DNA of 64,000 bases, from the NCBI RefSeq assembly GCF_009914755.1, contig NC_060930.1; one strand, 5' to 3'. The notes under the pieces were generated by a model, which made no database searches, was not told where the DNA came from, and saw nothing but the letters and a program-made list of their open reading frames with translations. Each line of letters opens with the position of its first letter. Within the stretch, counting starts at the first letter, position 1. This DNA is from the human T2T-CHM13v2.0 reference genome, Homo sapiens. The position numbers were made by a program, and so were the translations under genes. Shown piece by piece: positions 12,260 to 55,910 of the stretch.

Positions 12260-14385
12260 ATTACAGAATCCATTCCACCGGGCAATGGAGTGGTTTCCAC
12301 ACCAGGCTCACTTGTGCTGGGCACGAGCGGGAGGTGGCGAAGGTGGAGGGGGGACTTGGAAGGCTCAGAGGAGGAGCTCACAGTCTAGTTGGGGCAATGG
12401 ACTCTGCACAGATGGGACAGTTAAGGAACAATACCCGACAGACGCGATGGAAGTGTATGCTGAGAACCTGGAGCGACTCATTTCAGACAGAGGCCTTGAC
12501 TGGGTCAGGAAGGCAGCCGTGCTGATTGGGCATCAGAAGGCCCCGCTGCATCCTGGCCCGGCCACCCACCAGCTGTTGGTGATAATGATCACACAGGCCT
12601 GGCAGGGGGAGATGGGCAGCCTTTGCCTCGGTTCCCCGCCTGCCTCCTGGCACTGCAGTGCTGCCCGAGTTCCAGGCCTCTTCTCTGCAGCTGTCCCCAC
12701 CAAATGCTCCAGAAGGAGCCCTGTGATGCTCCTCACCAAAGGTGCTTGCATTCAATAGGGTCATCTGTAAGCTCTCCGTCATCCATAGGGGATGAAAGGT
12801 GGAATTTCAGGCCATCGCAGGCAGCTTGAGACTACAGAACAGGGCTGGACAGAGTCTATTCAGCCAGCACCCTACAAGCGAACACATCACTCAGGAAGGT
12901 GGACACACACGCTGACGTACACGGACATTCATAGAAACGAATGGGTCTCAATCCAGTCTCACAGGCAGATATGTGAGATTGCACACACAGACCTGTGTTT
13001 GCACACACTCCTGCCCAACAATGTACCCACGGTGGTACCTAGACACAGACGGGCACAAACACATACACACATATGCACGCATGCCTAAAGAGTCATTCTA
13101 GAAGGGGCTGGGCCTTCTCTCTCCCATGGATGGCTAGGTGGGGGCTCAGGTGATGTCAAGGAGGAAAGATCTAGATCCCATCATGTCAATCTCAGGTGCC
13201 TAACCCAGGACCCAAGGACAGGGATCCCTTTCACAGCTCCCAGAGAGTGAGGGGACTGGCACCTGCTCCCTCCACCAATCCCAGCTCTATAAGCCCCTCC
13301 TCCTTCACTGCCCCTGGGTGGAGAAGGGAACTTTCAACTAGACAGTGCTTTTTGGCATTTTGCCCTGTACACACCCTCCTATCCAGGGCACCCTTTCATG
13401 CCAAGTAGATAAGAAATGAAGGCCCCTCTCCACTTCCAAATTCATTGTCTGATATGGGGGCACCAAATCACAGAAGCGGGACGTCTCTTCTGCCTTTCTC
13501 CAAGTCAAGCCTCACCCCAGAAAATGGGCTGGCCACCGCTCCCCCAGCTCCTCTGAGACCCAGCTGGGGGCTGAGGCTAGGAGAGAACCGTGTTCTCAGG
13601 AGTCCCACTGCTTGTAGGGTGGAGTGGGGAAGTTATCAGTCTTCAGACTGCCCAGGCCCAAGACCCTGTGCTGGGTCCCTTCAAAGGGTGCACACTGAGG
13701 AGGGAAATATGGTGTCCCAGAAATAGGTCAAGGAATCTGGGGTGACCTATGGTCTCCACCATCCAGTGCTCACTCTGGACAGAATCGTGTGCAGCAGGTG
13801 CCCTACCTTCCTTGTCTCCTGGACGTGGGACAGTCACAGAGCTCGCAAAGTCCCACCTGTTCGTCCTCTGATCCCTGCCTCTCCCATCTCAGGAGTCCCA
13901 GAGTCTGACCAAGGGAGGGGCTCCATGTCTGCCCCACTTCTGGCTCCCTTCTGGCAAAGCCACCAGGCTGGAGTTCGGCCTTGACTTAGGGGACAGGGTA
14001 AAGTCAGAAGCACACCACGAGTGCAGCAAGGACAAGGCCTATGTTGCGCCGAGGTCCCTGGGTTGGCGGATGCCATTCAGGCAAGTCCCCTGTCTTTGCA
14101 GTAAAGAAGGTGCTGGCAGGTCAGATAGAAACTTGTGCTTTAATATATCTCTGTGTGTGTGAGCATGAGTGTGTGCGTGTGTGCAAGTGGAACAGCTGTC
14201 TCCAGGGCCTCAGTGCCTGGCCTCTGTCCTTGTTCTCTGCTCATCCTTGCAGCCAATGCAGGCCCCCTCCCTGGCGGGCCGGCCCTGCCCCTGGGCACCC
14301 CAGCTGGCGGGGGTCAGTCTTTGGTACAATGTGGACACTTTGGTGTGCCGGGGGCAAGGTTGGGGGGGTGGCCACACAGCTCTCA

Positions 14386-41104
<26,719 letters not shown>

Positions 41105-41419
41105 CTGGCAGGAGAGGATGGAGGAGGAGGTTTAGAGAAGAGGTGCCAAGGCCAGAAGAAGTCTGGGGCTCCCTCCTGAGTGTATCTGGGAGGGGTCAGC
41201 CCAGATCTCCCCAGGCCATTCCTCAGAGGCCTGACCCCACTGAGCCCAGGAAAGAATCCTCCCAGGACCTCTAGGACAGAACCAGGCGGGCCAGGAACTC
41301 AGGAAAGGGACAGTTCCCCAACCCCTTGCAAGAGAGCTGTGCTTTTCAGTGGGCTGATTGTGTGAAGGGGCTTTGTCATCTGTACAGACTGGTCGTCACT
41401 CAGTTAGCATCACCATCTT

Positions 41420-41596
41420 AGCAGTCCTGGCGGTGGATGCCATCGGTGCCCCTCCCGGCTCCCCAAGGTGACAGGTGCATCCATCCCCAGCTGCTGACAG
41501 CTCAGGGTGCTCACCTTCCCCAGGGAATTGCCTTTAGCCAAGACAGCTGCCTTGGCCAGAAATGCCAAATGCCTAGATTACCCCCTCTCCCCCACA

Positions 41597-41650
<54 letters not shown>

Positions 41651-41853
41651 GTGGGGTGACTATGGCACTGTCATACTCCAGAGCTCCCCTGGAAACAGGC
41701 TGAGACTAAGCTTCCTGAGCCACATCTTTGCTTGGCTGCCTCACTCATTCCCTCAGTTTCTCTTGAGAGCATTTTCCCAGCAAATCACTTGGCTAAACCA
41801 TAACTCCCCAGCCCCAACCATCTCAGGCTTTGCTTTTAGAGAGCCTAACCTAA

Positions 41854-41856
<3 letters not shown>
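41420..41856 (+). mobile_element. ERVL LTR (LTR16-like) containing or abutting (CA)n tracts
   Basis: 3' end aaatcacttgg...tctcaggctttgc...aacctaagaca. Confidence 0.6.
41599..41647 (+). repeat. (CA)~24 microsatellite
   Basis: Directly visible. Confidence 0.97.

Positions 41857-41916
<60 letters not shown>
41855..41916 (+). repeat. (CA)~31 microsatellite
   Basis: Directly visible. Confidence 0.97.
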
Positions 41917-41918
<2 letters not shown>

Positions 41919-42376
41919 CTGCACATTGCCCTCCCTGAAGGCCTTCATTGTTTTTTCATTGCTCTCTGAGCCTGTGTCCAGCTTCTTCTCCAAGGGACAG
42001 AAATGCTCACAGAAGTTGGGGCCTGGGAGCTGGCAAAAGGCTGCGGCTCCTCCCTGACCTCTCTCACAGTGCCCAGGGCTGAGCTGTGGCCCAGGCTAGG
42101 GGACCAAAGCTAGGCCCTGGCTGGATGGGCCCAGTGGGAAATGACTGAACTTGCCAAGGTCACAGCCCCTACCTCATTGTCTAGCCCCATCGTCCTAAAG
42201 GCAAACCAGGTCCCAGCCCCCCAGTGCTTAAACTCTAGGAAGAGGAAAAGACCCTAACCTCACAGGTTCTGCTCACAGCTGAGAAGGGAGAGAGTGAAGG
42301 TAGAAGGCCTGATACTGGGCACGAGGAACACAAGGAGGTAAAAATGACATCCCTGCTCTAAAGAGGGGCACAGGGG

Positions 42377-43451
<1,075 letters not shown>

Positions 43452-44847
43452 GAGGTAAGAAGATAAATAAGATAAAGCCTGTACAGAATGTACAACTTCC
43501 TCCAGGAAACGTCCCATCAGTGACAGGCGCCTTCCTTCTTTATGTGTCTAGAGTATGCATCACTCCATTAGTGCAATAATAAAGCAGCAGGCCTGTGTTT
43601 CTGTCAAATTCAGGATTCTTGTCTTTCTGCCTACCAGACCTTGAGCTTTATCTTGGGATCCCCAGCACAAGGCCTTGAACATAGCAGGTGCTCAGTGAAT
43701 GTTGAACGAATGGATTTATAAAGATGTCCCAAGGTGAAGTTGCTGGGGGACATAAGAGAGATATAGAAGGCCCTGGGATGTCAGAAAACAGGCATCACCA
43801 TCTTCTGGAGGAAGAACCACAGAGGGGTCCATGGAAAAGGTAGCTTTTGAACCAGGCCTCAGGGAACAGGGAGGCTCTATGCTAGTTGACAGGGCAGAGT
43901 CCCAAATTATATTACACAGGGTAAACCTCTAGTGATCTTTGGACATTAGTTTTCTCATCTCTAAAATGAAGAGAACACTACCAACCCTAAGAACTCACAA
44001 CGGTAGATGTGATGATAACACAGGATAAATGAAAAATGCTTAGTAGAGTCGTAATGTGTTTTACAGATGCTGCAAGTAGGGCCTTCCCCCAACACTGATG
44101 GGACAGACATGAACTAATCACAGAGGTAGAGTCCACAGAGGTGGCCCGGCAGCAGGTCGATAAACTTGGTCAGCAACTGGGAGTGACACAGGCTATGTTT
44201 AACCACAAGGGTCTCTGCAGACAGCAGCGGGTTCGGTGGACAGTGGTAGCTGCTACCAACCCAGAGTCTGAGTGTCCAGGTGACCATCCTGCCTGCCTGG
44301 CTGCCACAGAGGAATGAACCTGGCTGGCTGTCAGGAGACAAGCAATGTATGCCTTGGGCAAGCCAATTCACCACCTTGGGCCTCAGTTTCCCTACCCATA
44401 GGAAGGATAGATTAGATGACTTCTGAGGTCTTTTTCAACTCACACTTTCTATGAATTTTGTAATCAGCACATAGTCCCTATATAAGATGCACTCTAGAAT
44501 CTGGGAACTGGGCCCAAAACTGTCACCTCATGCAATAAAAATGCATGAACATCTTTCACGATACGTGAAAGAGATAGCCATCTGTGGCCAAAGTCCTCGG
44601 GAAATCTCATCAAGAAACAACCCACCAAAAGATGATGTGCATGCTGGTTGCTGATAAGACCAAGAGGCCTGGGGTGCCTCTCAACAAGGAAGACATCGAT
44701 TTAACAGGCTCCAGTGGAAGATAAGCTGTAATCTTGGACACTGTGGCTTGCCTGTAGCAAGGCAGTATTGTAATGACAGAAGCTTTGGTGATAGATAAGG
44801 AATACTGAAAAAGAGCTGGAGAGCTGGACTTTCTTAGAGCACAGCTA

Positions 44848-45274
<427 letters not shown>

Positions 45275-45329
45275 GGTGATCCAGCTCCCTTTGATGACCT
45301 TAAGTATTAAGACACCCAACTCTAAAATG

Positions 45330-46320
<991 letters not shown>

Positions 46321-48714
46321 TAGAAAACAGCATCCACTGTCCTGGGATGATATTAACCATTGAGATTATCCAGGATAACCCATTTACTATTATAGTTACC
46401 CAACTCCCTTTATTCTCACTGTTACTTGATGAGGCACTTCCCATTGCTGATTTGGTTCCAGGTACAGTTTTCCTTCTGAAATGAGTCCTCACTAGTAGTA
46501 CATTACCTAGTGCCCCTTGGCCTTGGCTTTTCAATTTGCTCATCACCCCCCACTGAGTTTCTTTAACATGAGTCAGCCTCCCATTGGCTCAGGTCACCCT
46601 TGGAATGGCCAGAACCATGTTTCTGACCCTGAACCCCAAAGGGTCCCTGCCCCACTGAACCTCAGCCTCCATCCAGCTCCACATACCCTAGGAAGGCACT
46701 GCCTGCAGCAGCATCTCCTGATTCGGAAGGCAACCCAGGCAGGGCTGTTTCAAGATACACCATGACACGATCCTTTCACTCAATCTGTCGAACAATAAAT
46801 GCTTCTGGGCCAGGCACTGTGCTGGGCACTGGAGATACTGTCATGAAAAGCAAACAAGAGATGGCTCTCAAAGAGCATTGCTGGGGAGATGGATAGCAAA
46901 AAAGGAAACAGAAATGGACAGGGTGATTTCAGAGTGTTAAATGCTATGATGACTCGAAAACAGGGAGATGTGATAAGGAACCATGGGGAGAGGAAAGGTC
47001 TGCTTTAGAGAGATGGAAACAGCACAGCTGTGGAGTCACACAATCTGGGGCCCATTCCTGGCTCTGCTACCCACTAGCTGGGTGATGCTGTGTGATGCTG
47101 AGCAAATTACTTAACCTCTCTGAGCCTCAGCCTCTTCATTTATAAAATAAGAACAATGATGCCTTCTCCCAGGGCTGCTAATGAGGGGCTAATGCAATAT
47201 ATGTAAAACACCTGACCAAATAGTATGTGCTGTCTCCATAAATGACAGCTCCCAAGATGATGAAATAGGAGCAAGAGATAGAGAAAGGGGACCACCTGCT
47301 ATGCACCCGTACACATGCAACCCAGGGGTGGAAATGCTCAAAGCAGACATTAAACGGGTAGGGATGTTTCATGAACATGTTCAAAATTCATGCTGAGGGC
47401 TGTGCAGGGCTTCAGAGGGGATGGAAAGTGGGAAGGGCTGGAGCCCTTCCCCGAGCATCCCCCTTCTCATGGTACTAGTGCACTTGGCTGTGTGGCTTTC
47501 AGCAAGTTACTTAAGCCTTAGTTTTCTCATTTGCAAAATGGGGTTGTTGTGAGGAATAAATAAAGAAACTCATGTAAAGTGTTTAAAACAGTGCCTGGTA
47601 CGCAGTATGCAATCTAAAAATGTCAGCCAGCATTATTATTCTATAAATGATCCTGCACTCCTCTCAAGAATTCACATCCCCTGCAGCCTGCAAGCCGTTT
47701 GCATGAAAGGACCCTGCCTTCTCTGTCACAGATGATGAGGGTTGGTACCTTCCTGGGGTCCACTGTATATTTCCAAGCTCCTTGCCTCAGTTCTGCGAAG
47801 CAGAAAGGGAAAGTCATATTTAGCTCCATTGGCAGAGAAGGAGACCAATGCCTGGAAGAGGAACCGTCTTGTCCAAGTCACTCACTGAGACAGCAGCACA
47901 GCCGAGACTCAAACCCAGGCCTTCCACCTGCTAACTTGGGACTCTGTTCATTGTCCCCAGGAATTTCAGAGGCATGGCTGGATTTGATCATCTTTGCTTG
48001 ACACCATATTAGTGGATAGAAAACTGAACAGCATTTCAGAACCAAGTGTGCTTCCTTGCCTCTGGTCTATGACACTTTCCTATTTTACTCTCCTGATTTC
48101 TATCAACAAAACCCCATGGAAAAGGAAAACAGCCTCTGCCAACCTGTGTGCCACAGAGTGTTCACTGATAGTCCATCACAGACGATTTTCACTGTCAATT
48201 AAGGATGCTGCATGTTCTTTCTCTCGCCCTCTCTGAGAAAGACTTAGCACACAAAGTATATTATTGAAGGCTCTGAAAAGTCCTGCAGTAAACACATCTG
48301 TGTAACTTGGTTTAACTCAGTGCTTTCTAAACGTATTGGCCATAAACCCCCTTCTTCGCAGAGCACAACATCCTGAGAGACAGCAATGTTCTGTAAAATT
48401 AGTGGAGAAAAGCTTAATACAAAACTGACAGCTGAGGGGTTAACATGCCCCTCCCCAGTCCCTTAGTTAAGAACAGCCAAGTGGCCTGAGACATGTCACC
48501 CTTGGGGCAGCATCCTAATGAGCACAGCCGAGGCAGAATGCTGCTGGCCTATCAGCTTACTCTTTTCCTCCCCAAAAATTATACACCCAAAATGTATAGT
48601 TATGGGTAGGGGCTTCCAGCACCCAGTAGGCCCAGTGAGGAAGCCACAAACTCTCAGGGAGTCAGACTAAGACAAACTCCAACCTGCCAACTAAGGGTCC
48701 AAAGAGAATTCTCA

Positions 48715-49459
<745 letters not shown>

Positions 49460-51784
49460 GCTCAGCCAATAATCAATGAAGAGGACTGTTGCCCTCTTCC
49501 TGCTTCTGGCTCCTTCAGGGAAAGAGTCTGCAGGCTGGGAAATGACCAAAGAACAGGGTGAGGAAGGGGCAAGGAGACAAAAGGAGAAGGAGTGGCTGCA
49601 AAATTCCCCGCCCAGAGTTGGTTCTATCTGCCCACAGATGACAGAGCAGGTGCCACCACCCCAGCCACCTCCCAGAAGCATCACTGAGTGTTCTGGATGG
49701 AGTGGTACAGAATTGGGATCTGTGTTCTGGTCCTGGCTTCCATCAGACAGTCATTCAACAAGCCCTTATCAGTATGAGGTGCTAAGCTTGGTTCTGAGGT
49801 AACAGAGAGCTGTGGCACTCAGGCTCTGCACTAGGGAAGCAGTAGCTAGAAAAGCTGAATAAGAACGATGCTTATAAAGGCCCACTGAGAGGCAGAGAGG
49901 GAGCAGGGAGGGATTGCTGTGAACTAGAGACTAGTGCTGTCTCAGGTCTCCCCCCACCCCCCATCCCCATAATATAACATTAACTGCAATAGCTACCCTT
50001 TATTGACATTTACTCTGCCAGCAATATATTCAGTGCTTTATATCTTTTATCATATTTATTGCTCCTAACAAGCCTACTATGGTTCGGACTTTTCAGATGA
50101 GGAAGCTGAGGTTCAGCGAGGTTATATAAGTTACCCAAGGACACCCCATTGGTCTGGAGTCTGTCTGACTCTCCGTCTTTCATGCTAACCGCCATGCATT
50201 TCCACTTCGCAAGTGCCTAGCCCAGTGCAGGGCTCACAGCTCAGCACGGAGCCTCCACATTCCCGGTGGGACCGATGCTGTGCAGCATCCTCAGAAACCG
50301 TCCCTCCCTCGCCGTGACACCTCTCGCCCTCCCAGATCCTGGTATGCAAGTGTTTATTGATCCTTTTATGCATGTAATGCAAATGAACACTTAATAATTT
50401 AGTGGAGTTAATAGTGCTGAAATATTAACAGGCTTTTCTCTTTTAATTAGCTGCTCAGAGAATGGCGGTCGGGGGCCTGGGAGGAGGCTTTCCTGGGCAG
50501 GCACCTGGCCTGCTCCGCCTGGGCCTCCTTCTGCCAGGGATGATGTTCCAAGCCTCTCTACAGACTGTGAGCCATCAAGCGTGGGCCTCTTGGGAAAATT
50601 AGCCCTGCCCTTCTGTGCTCACTGCATCGGGAGTTGCTCTGCCCTTACCACAGCCCCGCTCTCTGCAGAGCTGGCTGGAGCCTGTCCTCTGTTCACCACC
50701 AGCCGGGGGTGGACCAGGTGACTTCTCGGAGGTGCTCTGAGGCTGGGGGAGGCTCCAGTTCTGTGCTAGGAAAGCCGACTTGAAACAGCCCAAACCCACT
50801 CACACCATCTCCTCCAGCCTTGCCTGAACGCAGAGCATCTTGAGGGAAAGCAGCAACAGACTTTTGGCCCATCCAGTTCTGGTCATTCTCTCTCCGATCA
50901 TTAGACTCATGTTCGAGTCCATTTCCTTCCCATCCTCCCTCTCGCTCCCTGTCCTCCCAGTCCCTCAAAGGGCACACACAATCACCTTTTAATTTGCCAT
51001 TGATTCATTAATTGGCTCTGTAACATTTTCTGAGCACCTATTATGTGAAATCTCCTGCCCTCAGTGCTGGGACACAGAGCCAAATGAGGCATAGCCCTTC
51101 TGGGCAAAGAACCTCTGCCCTCTCCCTGCTGCAAACCATATTAAAGCCTGTTCCCCGACACAGGGCCTTTTCTGCTCATCAAAACCAAACCCATATTCAG
51201 CCAACCTTCCCTTTGGCTGCAAAAATCTCTCCCTAACCAGAGTGCATGTGTCTCTGACCTCCGGGTACAAGGGCGCTGTCACTGAATACAGCAACCAGCC
51301 ACAGCTGAAAGGATCAGTGTGCAGGCCGCCACCCCGCCACCACAATTGAATGCAAAAACAAGGTCTGCTTTCATAGTCAGATGCAAGCCTGCTACAGTTT
51401 GCAGGGCCTTGTTCCATTTGCAGAGCCTGCCACTGTGGCGCCTGGAGCTTCTGGGAGAGGCTGGCACCCTTACAACTCTCCTCTGCTGCAAGTGGCGGCT
51501 GGTCCATTATGTCCCATTCCCTGGGGATGTTCAGCACCACTGCGCCCACATCCTGGTCTCATTGGAAGGCACACAGGTATTGAAAGTGGCAGGTGATGCT
51601 CATAGAATCTTCACTGTCTATCAATGGAAGTCTAATCTGCACACCCACTTATAGAACTAGAGGGTGTCTGGACAGGCCACCAGGAAAGCCCTTTAATGAG
51701 GACTTTTAGGTCTCCTGATGAAAACTATAAAGGGACTTTCTCCTGGTGGGTCCCAGGATGCCAGGATTAAAACTGCTAATGATT

Positions 51785-52098
<314 letters not shown>

Positions 52099-53337
52099 TT
52101 AATGATGAGGGGACACAGGTCATCTCCAATCAGTAAAGGCAGGACAAGTTGGGCACTGCTTGATCAGAGGCTTTAAATGCAAATCTGAGAGGGCTGCTCA
52201 ACGGCATAGGGTGAGGGGTAGGGAGGAGTGCGCTACCTTTTACTCAGTGACCAAGTGACCTTGGGAAAGTTGTTTAACCTCCTTTAGCCTCAGTTTCTTC
52301 ATCTGCAAAATGGGGATAGTACTACATCTCAGGCTTCAATGGAGATAACTTTTGGGTTGTTGTGAGGATTCGATGAGACAATGCACATCGGGTACATCAC
52401 ACAGTGACTTGTACTCAGCAGGTACTTAATAAATTTCAGTTCCATTTCCACTTAATAATATAGCCCAGGATGCTTTGGGAACCTATTCCAAAGTCTTGCA
52501 AGAAAAAAATGTGAAACCGAATGAGGTCTACTTTGAAGGATTTCCAGGAGTTTGTAATCCTGAGAGATCAGAACATTAAGGTGGGCTGAAAGTAGTAATA
52601 ATCACTGGGAGGAAAAGCTCTCCCTGTGAGAATATGTAAGATGATGGAAAAGAGAAGCTTCCACCCATCAGGGCAGAGAATGACTCCTAGGATCCCAAGG
52701 TCTGAGCCTTCCTGGCCCAGTGATGTGGGACCCATGGACACAGGGTTACTCATTGTTACTCATGTAAAATTTCCTTGCCTGGATCCCAGAAAGGAAAGTT
52801 CTAGCCCCACCAAGCTCTGCTGGTCTTGGAGACCCCATCACTGTGGTTCACTTGGCACTGGTCCCTGGCAGCAGCCCAGGGTCTAGATCTGACATGCCTG
52901 CACCTGTCAAAGCATACCTATTGAACCAAGCCCACGGAAACAGTAATTTCTGGGTGACTTGAGGCAAATCATTTACCCATCTAGTCTACAGCCTCAGCTT
53001 CCTAACTAGAGAATGGACATAACAGGGCTCCCTATTGTGAATGTGAGACCCACTGAGAATGGAATGCCCTGCGCATAGTGCATGCTGCCTAGTAGATACG
53101 CTAGAAGTACAGTTAGAAGGGGCTGACATAAAACCAGACTCATGAGTGTGTCTGCTCTGAGAAGGTCCTCCTGTTCCAGGGTGAATCCTGATAGGCCCCA
53201 GTCTCTAGGAGTCTGTGGCACAGTCGCTAGGGATAGGGCACCACCAGGGTAGGACCGGAGACACACTGCCAGATCCAGGCCTCCAACCCAGAAGGCAGAG
53301 CCTGGGCCAGGAAGTGGGGATGGCAGTGGCTTTGCTA

Positions 53338-53959
<622 letters not shown>

Positions 53960-55199
53960 TTAGAGGCTCCACTCCAGCACTTAACTTGCCTAAGCCCCCA
54001 CTTCCCCATATAAAACAGAGGCCAATAACATTAGGCTTACAGTGTCTTATTAAGTGAGATGACATTTAAGAAAGTATCATGTAAACTGTAAAGTTCTGCA
54101 TAGAGCAGGACTTATTATTATTAGGTGCCGAACGACCCAAGTATGGCTTCAGGAGGTTCAAATTGGAAGTTAAAAAGCAGGCCATAATGCACCTATTAAA
54201 CCAGTGAAAATAAATTAAAATGATAAAATCCATTGTGGCCGGGCTGTGCACAACACCAGCTCAAACTTTCCGTCACACAACCCGGCAGTGCGAAATGAGA
54301 ACCATAAAACTGTTCCTATCCTATGACCTGTTAGGCAGTCTCACTTTGGGGAATAGGCCCCAAGGAAATAATTTAAAAGGAAAAAGTAATTCACATAAGG
54401 ATATTCATGGCAGAGCTATTTAAAAGAAAGGGAAATTGGCTCCTACCCAAATGCTCGGCAGCAGAGAAATGGTGACCCGAACTCCAGCACATCGATGCAG
54501 GGGGTGTCCTGCGGCCATTAAAGTGACAGGTCTGAGGGCTCAGTCAATAGCAGGAGACGTGTGTAGGAGATAAAGGCAGCCGAGAAAGCAGAACAGACCA
54601 CTGTTTACTGCTATGTAAAAATATATTGACAGGTATGGGCAGGGAGTTTAGAATGAATGGTTAATGTTTGATGGTCATTGGGCTTCTTTTTTTTTCTATG
54701 AAGTTGTTTAAGTGGATAATAATAACAATAACAACAATGAAAGCAAACCAATGTTGCAGCTTGAGAGCTGGTGGGGCCTTGGCCCATAGCAGCACAGAAA
54801 GGGAGGGAAGGAAGGACAGCATTTCTGGGGGTCTCCCACAGCCTGGCAGACTCTGACCCCCTCCGACCTCGGGTCACTGTGGGTCCCTGGGTAGAGCTCC
54901 AGCTCCTGGAAAGCACCCCACCCAGCTGCAGGGGGAGATAGGGGTGCTGCACCCCAACTTCTAGCAACCCCTAAAGCCATCTCTGCATATGCAGTTACCT
55001 GGTTCCTCCAGGCCAGGCCTTGGCTTCTACCCAGGAGACCACAGGAAAATTAGCTCTGAGGTTAAAGAACCAGGGAGCAGAAATGTAAGGAGGACCTCAT
55101 TCGCTTTATGGCCCCTCCATCCACTGACCTCCAGCAGCCAACTTTCACTGCCCCCCAGTACCCCCAAGGGTTGGGAGCCACTCCTCACCCCCTACACTT

Positions 55200-55910
55200 G
55201 TATTAGTGGGAACACGTTGTCTCCCGTTAACCAAGTATCAGCCAGAAATCTGGGAGTCATCCATGACTTTTCTCCTCCTCCCACACCCCACACCCAATTC
55301 ACCAGCAAGCTCTGTCGGCTTGACCTTCAGAACCAATCAGGAATCTGCCCCCTGCGATGCCACCCTAGTCTTAGCCCCCACTCCCGAGGCCTGCCTGGCT
55401 TGTGACAGCAGCCTCCTGATAGGTCTTCCCTGCTTCCTCCCTTGCCTGCTGTAGTCTGTTCTCCACCAGCAGGCAGAGGATCTCATCTCTCCTCTGCTCT
55501 CCCTGTCATGACTCCCATCCTACTTGGGGTCAAAGCCAATGCGTTTTCAACAGCCTGCCATGCCCTCTGCCATCGGCTCCCAGCCCCACTTCCCATTCTA
55601 CTGCCCTCCCCACTCCAGCCACATTGCCCTCTTTGTCAGTCTTCAAGCAGGCCTGGCCCCTTCCCACCTCAGGGCCTTTGCACTTACAGCCCCACCCCCT
55701 CCCCACTGCTTGGATTGCTCTTCTCCAGCTCTCCAGAGCCTGCTCCATCCCTTCCTTCAGCTGTCTTCTGAGAGGCCTTCCCTGAACACCCTGTTTAAGA
55801 CAGCCCACCCGCCCCCACCTCCATCACGCTCAATCCCTTTCCCTGCTATGCATGTTCGTAACACTCATCAAATCAACACCCTGCATATTAAATAGTCACT
55901 TGTTTATTCT
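55200..55910 (+). mobile_element. L2 fragment
   Basis: gccagaaatctgggagtcatccatgac...ctcagggcctttgcact. Confidence 0.7.

Larger units (their letters stand above)
9530..14385 (-). other. MDGA1: MDGA1 3' UTR (~4.9 kb to the proximal poly(A) site; may extend to ~7690)
   Basis: Follows the stop codon; first clear minus-strand AATAAA at 9551-9556, followed by GU-rich sequence. Confidence 0.75.

Noticed and set aside
51530-51547. RE1/REST-like TTCAGCACC
   Set aside because: Left half-site only; the GGACAG right half is missing
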